From an uncultured Candidatus Saccharibacteria bacterium (GTDB taxonomy: Bacteria > Patescibacteriota > Minisyncoccia > Phycocordibacterales > UBA9973), in contig CAYREQ010000002.1 of assembly GCA_964423445.1 (NCBI GenBank), positions 60,641-124,640 on the forward strand: 64,000 nt of DNA. Direction: 5' to 3'. The notes under the pieces are model-generated. The model did not search any database and was not told the DNA's origin. It worked only from the letters and a program-made list of their open reading frames with translations. A program made the translations under genes and the position numbers. Below, piece by piece: positions 40,701 to 51,200 of this stretch (the stretch's first letter is position 1; the number at the start of each line of letters is the position of its first letter).

Positions 40701-40936
40701 CTATCTGTACGATTTCCAGCAGTCATGTATGCTTCTACTCCTATGATTGGTTTTATCCCAGCTTTTTCTGCCAATTGGTAAAACTCAATAGCCCCATACA
40801 TATTGCCATGGTCTGTCACAGCGAGGGCGGGCATTTTGTATTTTTTAGCTAAAGATACTAAATCTTCAAGCTTTGAAAGCCCATCCAATAAGGAGTAATG
40901 GCTGTGAGTATGTAAGTGGACAAAGCTTTTTTCCAT
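37715..40936 (-). CDS. dnaE: DNA polymerase III alpha subunit
   Basis: PHP domain (HLHTHSHYSLLDG), a polymerase core, and OB-fold regions. 1073 aa. Confidence 0.95.
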   Translation of the reverse strand: MEKSFVHLHTHSHYSLLDGLSKLEDLVSLAKKYKMPALAVTDHGNMYGAIEFYQLAEKAGIKPIIGVEAYMTAGNRTDRTAEAGGGKRYYHLTLLAKNLEGYKNLIKLVTISHLEGFYYKPRMDKEILRKYSDGVIALSGCLGGELSQSITQGNLEKAEKIIQEYQEIFGKDNYFLEIQNYGDIQGGKEVRQELINLGKKFNIPLVATIDSHYPNPEDAKAHDTLLSIQTNSDIKDENKFSFGDGDYSFIDSKKAYELFKDIPEAVENTVKVADMCDLKLELGNWVFPNFEIEKGKSYDQKLRELAYAGFKNLNIKETPEMLERVEYELSVIIKKGYSPYFLVVGDLLRHAKENGILTTIRGSVAGSLVTYLIGITNVNPIEYKIPFERFLNPFRPSAPDIDMDFADNRRDEMIEYVKSKYGADKVAQIGTFGTMMARGAVRDVARALGHPYSIGDRISKMIPMGSQGMPMTIDYAMEIVPELKEAYTKEKDTKEIIDIAKKLEGCVRHVSVHAAGVVIAPSVLADFTPTQFDPKGGKIITQYDMYSIEEAGLLKFDFLGIRNLAILADAVSLVKQFYNVDIDIERIPLDDKKTFSLLASGQTEGLFQLNGSGMTRYLKELKPTSIHDINAMVALYRPGPMESIPEYIKRKHNPSLVKYMDPRMKKYLGDSYGLIVYQDDLLLSAIELAGYNWEEADKFRKAVGKKIPKEMAAQRDKFTAGIISNGQTPAFAEKMWKLFEPFQAYGFGKAHAASYGKVAYQTAYMKANYPVEYMTAILTAESGDVEKISEIIEECKHMEIQVLPPNINESFGGFTCLPENLDEPISENNKSKNIRFGFYTIKNLGTDISDAIIFERKTNGKFKSISDFLDRIKHKNLNKKSMEALIKSGSMDEWGDRGVFLSNLESMLEYNHENSKQNENQISLFGNIKTEVPSFKLQPGKDATQAEKLLWEKELLGLYISGHPLDRLRDKLEKRTVNIKKIKEDKEGTLGNGISVTLAGIIETSRQVVTKNNERMAFLKIADLSESIEAVVFPSLFKDNIDILVPEKCIAFSGKISNRNGEKSIIIEALKEI

Positions 40937-41017
40937 TTTTTTATAATAGCATAAATTACAGAAAATTCTCTTATATTTTTTTTTGTTGTTTTTTAGTGCA
41001 TTTGCTACAATATAGTC

Positions 41018-42043
41018 ATGAAAACAATAAAAGTGGGTATAAATGGTTTTGGTAGAATTGGTAGGGCTTTTTTAAAAATCGCTTATGAAAGGCCAGAAAT
41101 TGAGATAGTCGCCTTAAACGACCTAGGAGATGTAGCAAACATGGCTTATCTACTCAAGCACGATACAGTATATAGAGAGTGGAAACATGATATAAAAGTA
41201 GACGGACAGAGCCTGATAATAGACGGTAAGGTAATAAAAGTTTTAGCTGAAAAAGAACCAAATAAACTTCCATGGGGAGATATGGGAGTAGATGTGGTGG
41301 TAGAATCTACAGGACTTTTTGTGACTTTTGATAAAGCAAAAATGCACTTGGATGCTGGTGCAAAAAAAGTAGTGATATCTGCTCCAGCAAAAGAAGGAGA
41401 TGGTACTGTAAATGGAGAGACTATATTGATGGGAGTAAATGAAGACAAATTTGGCACTTGTGATATTACTTCAAATGCATCTTGTACTACAAACGCAGCG
41501 AGTCCACTTATCGCAATTTTAGATGAAGCCATAGGAATTGAAAAAGCTCTATTAAATACTGTGCATGGCTATACTGCTTCTCAAGCTATAGTAGACGGAC
41601 CAAATAAAAAAGATTTTCGTGAGGGGCGCGCAGCTGCACAAAATATAGTACCGAGCTCTACTGGAGCAGCTATCGCTGTGACTAAAGCTTTTACAAAACT
41701 ATCAGGTTTGTTTGACGGCATATCAATGCGAGTACCTGTGCCAGCTGGTTCTATGGTAGATATTACTTTTATTTCAAAAAAGCCTACTACGGCAGAAGAA
41801 GTAAATGAAATATTAAAAAAAGCGTCTAAAGATAAAAGATGGGAAAATATTTTTTCTGTCACCGAAGAACCACTTGTATCAAGTGATATTTTAGGCAGTC
41901 ACTATGGTTCAATAGCCGATCTCGGAATGACTAGAGTAGTGGGAGGGAATTTAGTAAAAGTCATGGGCTGGTATGATAATGAGATGGGTTATACATATAC
42001 TCTTGTAGACCATGTAATAAAAACAGGTAACGCAATAAAATAA
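41018..42043 (+). CDS. gap: Glyceraldehyde-3-phosphate dehydrogenase
   Basis: NAD-binding GINGFGRIGR and the catalytic ASCTTN motif. Confidence 0.93.
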   Translation: MKTIKVGINGFGRIGRAFLKIAYERPEIEIVALNDLGDVANMAYLLKHDTVYREWKHDIKVDGQSLIIDGKVIKVLAEKEPNKLPWGDMGVDVVVESTGLFVTFDKAKMHLDAGAKKVVISAPAKEGDGTVNGETILMGVNEDKFGTCDITSNASCTTNAASPLIAILDEAIGIEKALLNTVHGYTASQAIVDGPNKKDFREGRAAAQNIVPSSTGAAIAVTKAFTKLSGLFDGISMRVPVPAGSMVDITFISKKPTTAEEVNEILKKASKDKRWENIFSVTEEPLVSSDILGSHYGSIADLGMTRVVGGNLVKVMGWYDNEMGYTYTLVDHVIKTGNAIK

Positions 42044-42044
42044 T

Positions 42045-42533
42045 ATGAAAATTTATATTGGGGCAGATCACGCAGGCTATGAAATAAAAGAAAAATTGAA
42101 AGTTTATTTGAGCGAGCTTGGCCTCGGCTATGAAGTCATAGATAAAGGTGCTTTTCAGCATAATACAGATGACGATTATCCCGATTTTATAAATCCTGTG
42201 GCTACAAGTGTCGCAAGTGAAATAGGTAGTTTTGGTATTATCATAGGTGGCTCAGGACAAGGTGAAGCAATGTGTGCAAATAGAATAGCTGGCGCTCGAG
42301 CATCTGTATTTTATGGACAAGTTTTACCAAAGACGAATATAGATGTAAAAGGTGATACTAGCAATGACTCTTTTGAAATTATAAAATTGGCTCGCATGCA
42401 CAATGATGCAAATATTTTATCTATAGGGGTGAGGTTTGCCACAGAGGATGAAATAAAATTTGCTATTGAGCTTTTTCTTAAGACACCATTTTCTCTTGAA
42501 GAAAGACACAAGAGGCGTTTAGCTAAATTTTAA
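42045..42533 (+). CDS. rpiB: Ribose-5-phosphate isomerase B
   Basis: RpiB/LacAB family N-terminus (MKIYIGADHAGYEIKE) and catalytic Cys region (GSGQGEAMCANR). Confidence 0.88.
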   Translation: MKIYIGADHAGYEIKEKLKVYLSELGLGYEVIDKGAFQHNTDDDYPDFINPVATSVASEIGSFGIIIGGSGQGEAMCANRIAGARASVFYGQVLPKTNIDVKGDTSNDSFEIIKLARMHNDANILSIGVRFATEDEIKFAIELFLKTPFSLEERHKRRLAKF

Positions 42534-42535
42534 TT

Positions 42536-43255
42536 ATGGCAGAAATAATACCAGCAATATTATCAAAAAATTACGCCGATTTAAAAAACAAGATTTCACT
42601 TGTTCGCGGTATAGCACCGATAGCTCAAATAGATATTTGTGATGGAGCTTTTGTAAAAAGTATTACTTGGCCTTTTTTTGGTAAAAATGATGACGATACT
42701 TTTTTAGATAATGATTTAGATCAGCATTTTAGGAGAATTTTAAATGAACAAGAAGGTCTGCCTTTTTGGGAAGATATTGATTTTGAGCTTGATTTAATGG
42801 TCTTAAATGCTGTAGAAAACTTTGATATATATGCCAAATTGGGTCCTAGGAGAATAATTTTTCATCTAGAAGCCATAGGTGATACTGAAGAATTTAAGCA
42901 CTTCCTAGAAGGCATAGACACCTATACTAGAGACATCATAGAGATAGGTGTGGCTATAAACCCAGATACTCCTGTGGAGCAAATTTTTCCAATTGTAAAT
43001 TCTGTAGATTTTATTCAGTGTATGGGTATAGAACATATAGGTAAACAAGGAGAAGAATTTAGTGATAAATGCTTGGAGCAAATAAAAAAACTTATAGAAA
43101 AATTTTCAGATTTGATTATTTCTGTAGATGGTGGAGTAAATTTACAAAATGCACCAAAAATAATAGAAGCTGGAGCTACTCGTCTCGCTGTGGGCTCTGC
43201 ACTTTTTAATACAAATGATATAATAGGTACAGTAGAAAAATTTAAACAAATTTAA
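42536..43255 (+). CDS. rpe: Ribulose-phosphate 3-epimerase-like TIM-barrel protein
   Basis: IPAILS...DICDGAFV matches the Rpe S...DVMDG pattern. It carries an insertion relative to canonical Rpe, so the assignment is tentative. Confidence 0.55.
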   Translation: MAEIIPAILSKNYADLKNKISLVRGIAPIAQIDICDGAFVKSITWPFFGKNDDDTFLDNDLDQHFRRILNEQEGLPFWEDIDFELDLMVLNAVENFDIYAKLGPRRIIFHLEAIGDTEEFKHFLEGIDTYTRDIIEIGVAINPDTPVEQIFPIVNSVDFIQCMGIEHIGKQGEEFSDKCLEQIKKLIEKFSDLIISVDGGVNLQNAPKIIEAGATRLAVGSALFNTNDIIGTVEKFKQI

Positions 43256-43269
43256 ATTTCTACGCATAC

Positions 43270-44136
43270 ATGCCTTTTTTATCTGACAAAAAAATTGAAG
43301 AGTTAGAATTGAAAGCAAATGATATTCGCGAGAGTATTATTGATATGCTTGTAGAGGCAGGTAGTGGGCACACTGCAGGACCACTCGGCATGGCTGATAT
43401 TTTTACACTTTTTTATTTTCACGTATTAAAACATGACCCTAAAAATCCATCATGGGAGGAGCGAGATAGATTAGTGTTATCAAATGGTCATATTTGTCCA
43501 GTACTTTATGCCACCATGGCACATGCTGGATATTTCGAGAAAGAAGAATTAAAAACTTTACGAAAATTCGGTAGTCGTTTGCAGGGTCATCCACACAGGG
43601 AATATTTGCCTTATGTTGAAAATAGTTCTGGGCCACTTGGCTCTGGGCTTTCACAGGCCGTTGGAATGGCTATAGCAGATAGAATAGACAAAAAAGACAA
43701 AGATAGATTTATATATTGTTTTCTTGGTGATGGAGAATTAGATGAAGGAAACAATTGGGAGGCGATAATGCTCGCTGGGAAAAATAAACTAAGAAATTTG
43801 ATTGCCATTGTAGATAGAAATAATATACAGATAGATGGTTTTACCGAAGATATTATGCCTTTAGAGTCTCTCGGAGAAAAGTGGAAAGCTTTTAATTGGC
43901 ATGTCATAGAAGTAGGTGGACATGATTTTACAGCTTTAAATGAAGCTGTACAAGAAGCGCAAGCTATGTTTGGCAAGCCGATTGTCATAATTGCACACAC
44001 AATTCCTGGTAAGGGTGTACATGAATTTGAACGAGATTATAAATGGCATGGTAAACCACCAAGTAAAGAAGAGGCAAAGATGGCCCTACACGAACTACGA
44101 ACTCTTGGTGGAAAAATAAAAAGTGAACATCAATAA
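43270..44136 (+). CDS. Transketolase, N-terminal (TPP-binding) subunit of a split enzyme
   Basis: HTAGPLGMADIF, GHICPVLYA and the GDGELDEGNNWEA TPP motif. Confidence 0.88.
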   Translation: MPFLSDKKIEELELKANDIRESIIDMLVEAGSGHTAGPLGMADIFTLFYFHVLKHDPKNPSWEERDRLVLSNGHICPVLYATMAHAGYFEKEELKTLRKFGSRLQGHPHREYLPYVENSSGPLGSGLSQAVGMAIADRIDKKDKDRFIYCFLGDGELDEGNNWEAIMLAGKNKLRNLIAIVDRNNIQIDGFTEDIMPLESLGEKWKAFNWHVIEVGGHDFTALNEAVQEAQAMFGKPIVIIAHTIPGKGVHEFERDYKWHGKPPSKEEAKMALHELRTLGGKIKSEHQ

Positions 44137-44141
44137 TTTTC

Positions 44142-45137
44142 ATGTTAAATCCAGAATTAAAACTTAATACAAAATTATTTAACACAGACGTAGAAGAATC
44201 TCCAATACGTAAAGGTTTTGGTGAAGGCTTAGCTATGGCTGGGGACGTTGATAAAAATGTTGTAGCACTCTGTGCTGATCTGACAGAGTCTACTCAAATG
44301 CATTTATTTAAAGATAAATTTCCAGAAAGATTTGTAGAAATAGGTGTAGCTGAACAAAATCTTGTAGCTGTGGCTTCTGGTATGTCTGCTATGGGCAAGA
44401 TACCTTTTTGCTCAAGCTACGCGATGTTTTCTCCGGGAAGAAATTGGGAACAAATCAGGACGACGATAGCTTACAATGATAGACCAGTAAAAATTATTGG
44501 TTCCCATGCTGGTATATCTGTCGGCCCAGATGGTGGTACACACCAAGCACTGGAAGACATTGCTCTTATGCGAATAATTCCAAATATGGATGTATTATCT
44601 CCGTGCGATGCCATAGAAGCAAAAAAAGCTACACTCGAAATTGCTAAAATAAATAAACCAGTTTATATGCGTCTAGCTCGTGAAAAAACTCCAATCGTAA
44701 CTACAGAAGAAACTCCCTTCAAAATAGGTGAAGGGCAAATTTTTTGGATGCCAGATGTCGGTATCGCATCAGTAGGTATCATAGTCACTGGTGGCCTCAC
44801 ACATCGTGCACTTTTAGCTGCGAAAGAATTAGAAGGAGAGGGAATTAAAACAAAAGTTATGAACCTCACCACCATAAAACCCTTAGATACAAAGGCTATA
44901 ATAGCGCTTGCCAAAGAAACAAAATCAATCGTGACAGTGGAAGAACACCAAGTTATGGGAGGCATGGGTTCTGCTATTGCTGAAGTTTTAGCACAAAATT
45001 TTCCAGTGCCAATAGAATTTATCGGTGTGCAAGATAAATTTGGACAGAGTGGTACACCAGATGAGCTCATAGAGCATTATGGTATGGGAAAAGATTCTAT
45101 AAAGGAAGCTGTAAAAAAAGTTTTAAAGAGGAAATAA
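44142..45137 (+). CDS. Transketolase, C-terminal (pyrimidine-binding) subunit of a split enzyme
   Basis: Pyr-binding domain (GVAEQNLVAVASGMS, HAGISVGPDGGTHQALEDIALMR) followed by a C-terminal domain. Confidence 0.88.
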   Translation: MLNPELKLNTKLFNTDVEESPIRKGFGEGLAMAGDVDKNVVALCADLTESTQMHLFKDKFPERFVEIGVAEQNLVAVASGMSAMGKIPFCSSYAMFSPGRNWEQIRTTIAYNDRPVKIIGSHAGISVGPDGGTHQALEDIALMRIIPNMDVLSPCDAIEAKKATLEIAKINKPVYMRLAREKTPIVTTEETPFKIGEGQIFWMPDVGIASVGIIVTGGLTHRALLAAKELEGEGIKTKVMNLTTIKPLDTKAIIALAKETKSIVTVEEHQVMGGMGSAIAEVLAQNFPVPIEFIGVQDKFGQSGTPDELIEHYGMGKDSIKEAVKKVLKRK

Positions 45138-45236
45138 AAATACTCACGGACTCAGCACAAAAATTTTCTGGTGAAAATTTTCTCTGTCCGTCGCCGTCGC
45201 GACTACCAAGGCTTCCCTCGGGAGCATTTTTATTTC

Positions 45237-46232
45237 CTAAATCTTTTTAGCTATAAAATCTGCTGGAGCAGATTTTAAATATTCTTCAAGTTTTTCTCTA
45301 GAGAGCAATCCTTCTTGTGCACCTACATATTGGACTACAGACATAGAATTTACAGCCCCCCAGGCCATTGCTTCTGATAAGTTTTTTCCTAGGATAGTTG
45401 CCCCTACAAGAGTAGAAGAAAATGCATCTCCAGCTCCTGTGCGTTCAAAAGGAGGTTTTGGATCAGGGTAAGGAGGCATAAATAAAAATTCATTGCCATC
45501 ATATGCATAAGCACCTTTTGGTCCATCTGTCAGGATTATCGTTTTTGGGCCGAGCTCTCGCATTTTTTGTAATAAATCTTTCACTTCTGTGTGTTCTTTT
45601 ATTCCCAAAATAGTCTGTGCCTCTTCTATATTACAGAAAAATATTTCAGTCTTTTCGTAAATATTTTTTAATGTTTCATAGCCCATTTTTATTTGGAAAA
45701 TTCCAGGCTGGAAAGCCAATTTTACATTTGGATTATTTTTTAAATATTCTGAAATTTCCTCATGATAAGAGAGTGATTTTTCACCGAGTGAAGTGAGATA
45801 TATCCATTTTGGGTTTCCTATAGCTGGAAGTTTGTAATTAAATTCGGTGTGTTTTTGTAAGATTGTTCTCTCGTCTTCAAACCATAAAATGTAGTGATAA
45901 TTTGTAGCCAAATTTTTATTTACAGTCACAAATTCTGTAGATACACCATCTTTTTTGAAAGAACTTAGACATAATTCTCCATTTCTATCTTCTCCGATAT
46001 TTGCCACAATTGCAGACTTTAATCCGAGCCTACTGCCGGATACAGAAGCGTTACCAGCGTTCGCCACAGCGGCTATTTCGTGCACTGACTCATAAGGTAT
46101 TTTAGCTCCAAAAGCCATACAAATCTGGCAGTTTTCCTTGTCTATATCACAGGTAACATGTGCGTCTTTTAATCGTATAAAAGCATCTACGGCTATTTCC
46201 CCAATAGCTATTAAATCGTAATTATTTTCCAT
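45237..46232 (-). CDS. PfkB-family carbohydrate/nucleoside kinase (ribokinase-like)
   Basis: N-terminal GG region and the C-terminal PfkB signature GAGDAFSSTLVGA. Adjacent to the pentose-phosphate genes. Confidence 0.8.
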   Translation of the reverse strand: MENNYDLIAIGEIAVDAFIRLKDAHVTCDIDKENCQICMAFGAKIPYESVHEIAAVANAGNASVSGSRLGLKSAIVANIGEDRNGELCLSSFKKDGVSTEFVTVNKNLATNYHYILWFEDERTILQKHTEFNYKLPAIGNPKWIYLTSLGEKSLSYHEEISEYLKNNPNVKLAFQPGIFQIKMGYETLKNIYEKTEIFFCNIEEAQTILGIKEHTEVKDLLQKMRELGPKTIILTDGPKGAYAYDGNEFLFMPPYPDPKPPFERTGAGDAFSSTLVGATILGKNLSEAMAWGAVNSMSVVQYVGAQEGLLSREKLEEYLKSAPADFIAKKI

Positions 46233-46270
46233 GGTATGATTATATCATATAAAAAATAATGTAAAATCTT

Positions 46271-47710
46271 ATGTATAAGAAAATTACTTTGTTTCTCTTT
46301 GCATTTGTTTTCTTTATAAATTCTAATTTTGTTTTTGCTAGTCCGTCTATCAATGAGTTTATGTATGATTTAGACGGTGGTGATATTGATTGGATTGAAA
46401 TTTATAATACAGGTGAGGCTGTGGATGTGAGTAGTTTGAAACTTTTAGTAAGTAATTCTACTTCAAACCACGAGATAGCTTTTTATTCTGGATCTTCTGT
46501 CCTTCATTCTGGTGAATATGGAATTATCGTACCCACTTCACAAGTCGGAGCTTTTACATCAAAGTGGGGAAATTCTTTCAATATTTTTACTTCGTCTTTT
46601 TCTCTACCAAATGCGTCTGGCGTCATAGAAATAAATAATGGTGATAAAAATTCTCCATTAGATTCAGTGAGTTATGATTCAAATAAAGGTGGAGCAGGGG
46701 ATGGAAATTCTCTCCAACTCATATCAAATTCTTGGACAGCAGGAGCACCCACAGTAGGACAGATGAATAAACAAAACAATGGAAGTGGAGAAAATAATTC
46801 TGAAAACCTGAACAATAATTCCGAAAATACAAACACAAATAATTCTGTTTCAAATGAAAATAATACTGATAATTCTACAGTTAAAAAGACGAAAAATACC
46901 TCAAAAATAAAGGCTGAAATCACCACAAACACTTTTGCTTATGTCGGTGTGCCGGTAAATTTTCAAGGCAAGGTCATGGGCACTGATGGCGAGCAATTAT
47001 TTCATGGAAAATATTTTTGGAATTTTGGTGACGGAGATTTTAGAGAAATAAATATCGTGGACACAGATAAATTTACACACACATATTTTTATCCAGGAGA
47101 GTACACAGTACTCTTTGAATATTACAAAGATGCTTTTACCGAAGAGTCAGAACTCAGTCAAAAAATTATTATCAAAGTAGTAAAAGGTGGTGTGGTGATA
47201 TCAAGAGTGGGGGACAAGGAAGATTTTTTCATTGAACTTTCAAATAAAAATACTTACGACATGGATATTTCAAAATGGATTTTGAAAAGTGATTTTAAAA
47301 GTTTTACTATACCCAAAAATACAATTTTAGAACCAAATAAAAAAATAATTATTTCATCCAAGCTCACAGGTTTTTCTATCGCTGACAAAGACACATTAAA
47401 ACTCACCACCCCCCAGCTCGAAGTCGTCTCTGACTACAATTTTCCCATAACCCAGACGGTGGTTTCCAGTAAAAATACTAGAAGTTTTTCAAAGAAAAAT
47501 TATGAAAAAATTGAGGATGAATTATCTATAAATGATACAAAAATAGACCTCACCGCAAATGCTTTTTCTAGTAATTTTCTCGAAGATAAAAATTATTTAC
47601 CCTTTGTGGGATTTTTTGGCTTGATTTTGGTGAGCGGAGGCACTGTTTATTTCATCAGGAAAAGGAAAAATAACCATATTTCTAATGAAGATTTTGACAT
47701 TTTAGAGTAA
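46271..47710 (+). CDS. Cell-surface protein with a lamin-tail (LTD) / PKD-like / LTD architecture and a C-terminal membrane anchor
   Basis: Signal peptide. LTD signature (INEFMYDLDGGDIDWIEIYNTGEAVDVSSLKL). A PKD-like WNFGDGDF motif. A second LTD-like segment (ISRVGDKEDFFIELSNKN...WILKS). A low-complexity Asn-rich linker. C-terminal TM plus a basic tail. Confidence 0.55.
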   Translation: MYKKITLFLFAFVFFINSNFVFASPSINEFMYDLDGGDIDWIEIYNTGEAVDVSSLKLLVSNSTSNHEIAFYSGSSVLHSGEYGIIVPTSQVGAFTSKWGNSFNIFTSSFSLPNASGVIEINNGDKNSPLDSVSYDSNKGGAGDGNSLQLISNSWTAGAPTVGQMNKQNNGSGENNSENLNNNSENTNTNNSVSNENNTDNSTVKKTKNTSKIKAEITTNTFAYVGVPVNFQGKVMGTDGEQLFHGKYFWNFGDGDFREINIVDTDKFTHTYFYPGEYTVLFEYYKDAFTEESELSQKIIIKVVKGGVVISRVGDKEDFFIELSNKNTYDMDISKWILKSDFKSFTIPKNTILEPNKKIIISSKLTGFSIADKDTLKLTTPQLEVVSDYNFPITQTVVSSKNTRSFSKKNYEKIEDELSINDTKIDLTANAFSSNFLEDKNYLPFVGFFGLILVSGGTVYFIRKRKNNHISNEDFDILE

Positions 47711-47863
47711 GAAATAAAATAATATTTATTTCTGTGGATAACTCATAGATTTAATACTCCTAGCATACTATAATATATAGAGTATAGAAAGATATCGTTT
47801 ACCCGAGATGCCTTATTTTTTATACCTTGTGTATCCGAGATATCTTTATATATCTTAATATAA

Positions 47864-48262
47864 ATGCCAAACCTAAAAAAAGTCATTTCACTACATCAAG
47901 CATCCATCATTTCTGGTTACCATCAGGATTATTTGAGCTCGCTTATTAGAAAAGGAGAAATAAATGGAGAGAAGATGGGTGGTAATTGGCTGACTACCGA
48001 AGAAGAGATAGAGAGGTATATTTTCAAGCAAAAAATTCGAAACAAAAATTGGCTATTTAGGAATTTTTTACTTCTTATAAAAAAGACAAACAAGAGTTTG
48101 CTCTATGCAGTCGTGTGCCTGATTATTTTTTCTACAGGCTTGTATTTTTACAACAAAAATAGTGCAAGTGAAATTAAAACAAACACTCAGACAAATAATA
48201 TAAAAATTTCCAATATTAATCAGCTTGGCATCAACGAAGAATTTAAAGAATTAAAATTTTAA
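47864..48262 (+). CDS. Membrane-tethered HTH_17/excisionase-like DNA-binding protein
   Basis: N-terminal HTH (ISLHQASIISGYHQDYLSSLIRKGEINGEKMGGNWLTTEEEIERYI) followed by a TM helix. Its stop overlaps the start of the giant gene (TAATG). Confidence 0.45.
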   Translation: MPNLKKVISLHQASIISGYHQDYLSSLIRKGEINGEKMGGNWLTTEEEIERYIFKQKIRNKNWLFRNFLLLIKKTNKSLLYAVVCLIIFSTGLYFYNKNSASEIKTNTQTNNIKISNINQLGINEEFKELKF

Positions 48263-51200
48263 TGAAAACTTTTTTTAATTTCAAAAAAATACGTTTCATT
48301 TTTTCTTCACTATTAGTTTTGGTGTTTTCTTTTTTCTTGGCATCAAATTTTGTTTATGCTGCTGCTGGTGTGCCAATGCTAATAAATTTTCAAGGACGAT
48401 TGATGGACAACACAGGTGCATTACTCGGCTCTGCTGGTGGTACAGATTACTGTTATAAATTTTCTATTTGGGATGCTACTACTGGTGGAAGTAAAATTTG
48501 GCCATCTGGTTCTCCATCTACAAATACTTTGGTCACTCGTCTCGGAGTCTTTGATGCGACAATTGGAAGTGCAGATACTTTAGATCTTACTTTTACAGAT
48601 GACCAAGCTTATGTAGAAGTAGAAGTGGCAACAAAAGTGGGAGGCTCATGTACTACAGGTGGTGATGAAGTTTTTGAATCTCTTTCTCCTCGTCCACAAA
48701 TCGTCTCAAGTGGTTTTGCGATAAATTCAAAAACTGTAGGTGGATTTACTCCTGCTCAATCTGCGACAAATAATCAAATTCCAGTACTCACCTCTGGTGC
48801 GATCGTCCTTGGTCATGCGACCACTGCCGGATTAAATTCAACTGGATCAAATGCACTTACCATCGATGCAGGAACTTCTGGAATTTTAAATTTAAATAAT
48901 AATTCTAGTGGAAATATTTTACTTAGTAATGGTGTCGGCTCTACTGGATGTACACTCACAGGTGCCTCCGGTGCATTTGCATGTACCGGAGCAATCACAG
49001 GATCAAACCTCTCAGGAACAAACACCGGAGATCAGACATGGAATGGAATACTAGCACCTACAGGAACTCAGACATTAACCTTTGACGATGGAGAATTAAA
49101 TGCATGGACAGTATCATCTGACACAGAAACATTCTGGACGACAACAGCAAATTCTCTAACAACAGGAACCTTACTTTCTTCGTCTACGACTGGTTTAACT
49201 ACTGGGAAAGTTTTAGATTTGACTTTAGGTTCTGCACTTACCACTGGTGGTGCGATTAATATATCTGGTGCTTCTTACAATCCCGGAGCAGGCAATACAG
49301 GTAATGTTGCTAGTATTGCTTTTACTCATGCTGCTGGAGCAGCTTCTACTTCTACTGTAAATGGATTGAATATCGCATTCACTAATTCTTCTGGAAATAC
49401 AAGTGGTACATCTGTGACTTCAGGAATTAACATCGCTCCTACTGTAACTGCAAATGGTACACCAGGAACAGAAGAAACTTATGGTATAAGAATTCAATCT
49501 GCTGCAGGTACTGCTGGTTTTGGAACTCAAAATAATTATGGTATTAGAATTGGAAGGCAAGATGTTTCTAGTTCTGAAAATGCATATGGTATCTATCTTG
49601 ATGTACCACAAATTTCTTCTTCTGATAAGACTGGGATATATGTCGGAAGTGTCAGTGTGTCTGGTCAAAAAGGTATAAATGTAGCGGGAATGGTTGGTTC
49701 AAATACAATAGGTGTTGAAATAGGGGCAACTATGAATACAGGAGCTAGTTTTTCAGGTAAATATTTATCTGTAGGTAATCCAACCACAGGTTTTATAGCA
49801 ACAGCTAGTGATACTGGAAATTATATTTATGCTAATCGTAACAATACTATTAGTGGTGGCAATACTTTGACAGTAAGTGGATCATTGGCATCACTACTAT
49901 CTACATGTAGTGGCGCAGGAACATGTAATGACTCTGCAAAGATTTTAGAATTAACTCAAAGTTATGCGTCTGCAACTGGTGATGTTATTGCAATTTCAAA
50001 TGCTGGTTCTGGTAAAGACATTAGTGGTACAAGTAATACATGGAATGTTTCCAAGGCAGGTGCTGCTGTCTTTGTCGGTGTAAACTCCGGAGCAGGACTA
50101 CTCCAAGGTCAACTCGGTCTCACAGTTACTGGAGCAGCAGTAAATTTAAATGCTTCATCAAACTTTGCTACAAACATAAATACTGGAACAAGTACTGGTA
50201 CAGTCACTATCGGAGGTACAGCAGGTAACACTATTAATATCGGAAGTGATAATACTGTAGCGGATACTATTACTCTAGGATCTGCACTGGATTCTCTTGC
50301 TATCTCGTCAACTAATTTCAAAGTTAGTTCTGGTGGTGCTATCACCGGAGCAACTGGTCTAGTCTCTTCCGGTACTATCCAATTATCATCTCTAACTTCA
50401 AACGGACCTCTATATACAAGTGCAGGTAACGGAACTCTCACCACTACTGCACCAACTAGTGGAGCTATCGGTTATTGGTCAAGAAGTGGAACTACACTTT
50501 CACAAACTACTGCAAATGATTTGGTATCAATATCTACAAATTCCACAGTCGCTTCAAATAAAACTTTTGAATCATTACAAACAGGTGCCACCTCAGGCAC
50601 AGATTATGCAGGATATTTCTCTAATACAGGCGCTGCTACAACTAATGTCGGTCTGTATGCTACAGCAACAGGTGGTAGTAATAACTATGCTGCTATTTTT
50701 GAAGCAGGCAGAGTCGGTGTTGGTGTTACAGCGCCTCTCTTCCAATTACAAGTTGCTGGCACCACTTTGATTCAGCCAGACTCTACTTGGAGTTCTGGGG
50801 ATACTTCTATTTTATTGTTTTCTGACGATAGTTCAAATTTTATAAAAGCTTACTTCACGCCAGCAGCTAACTCAGGCAGTTTAGAGGTTCGAGGTTATTC
50901 TGGAGTTGACCTCACAACAAATTTGGGAGTAGTCTTGCACTCTACTCAACAAGCAATGACAAACATCGGTAGCAACAACGATGCTGATGCATTGCTCGAA
51001 ATTAATGGTAATCGTACGGTTACTGCTTGGGGTCTAAACGGTATTCAACTACAAGCTTCTGCTTCTACCTTCACGGATTCATCTACTGCTATTTCTGGCA
51101 CAGCAACAAATGCAGTCTTCAACAGCTTTGGTATTCCAACTCTAGCGGCATCAAACGCCACAGTTACGACAACCAACGCTGCTACTCTATATGTAGCTGG

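Noticed and set aside
37598-40852. Short + strand ORFs inside dnaE (37598..37882, 37665..38063, 38205..38423 and others)
   Set aside because: Antisense to the dnaE CDS.
47711-47863. Repeated CCGAGAT / GATATC motifs upstream of the HTH gene as a regulatory element
   Set aside because: They are short and imperfect. GATATC is self-palindromic, and there is no convincing dyad beyond what chance gives in AT-rich DNA.
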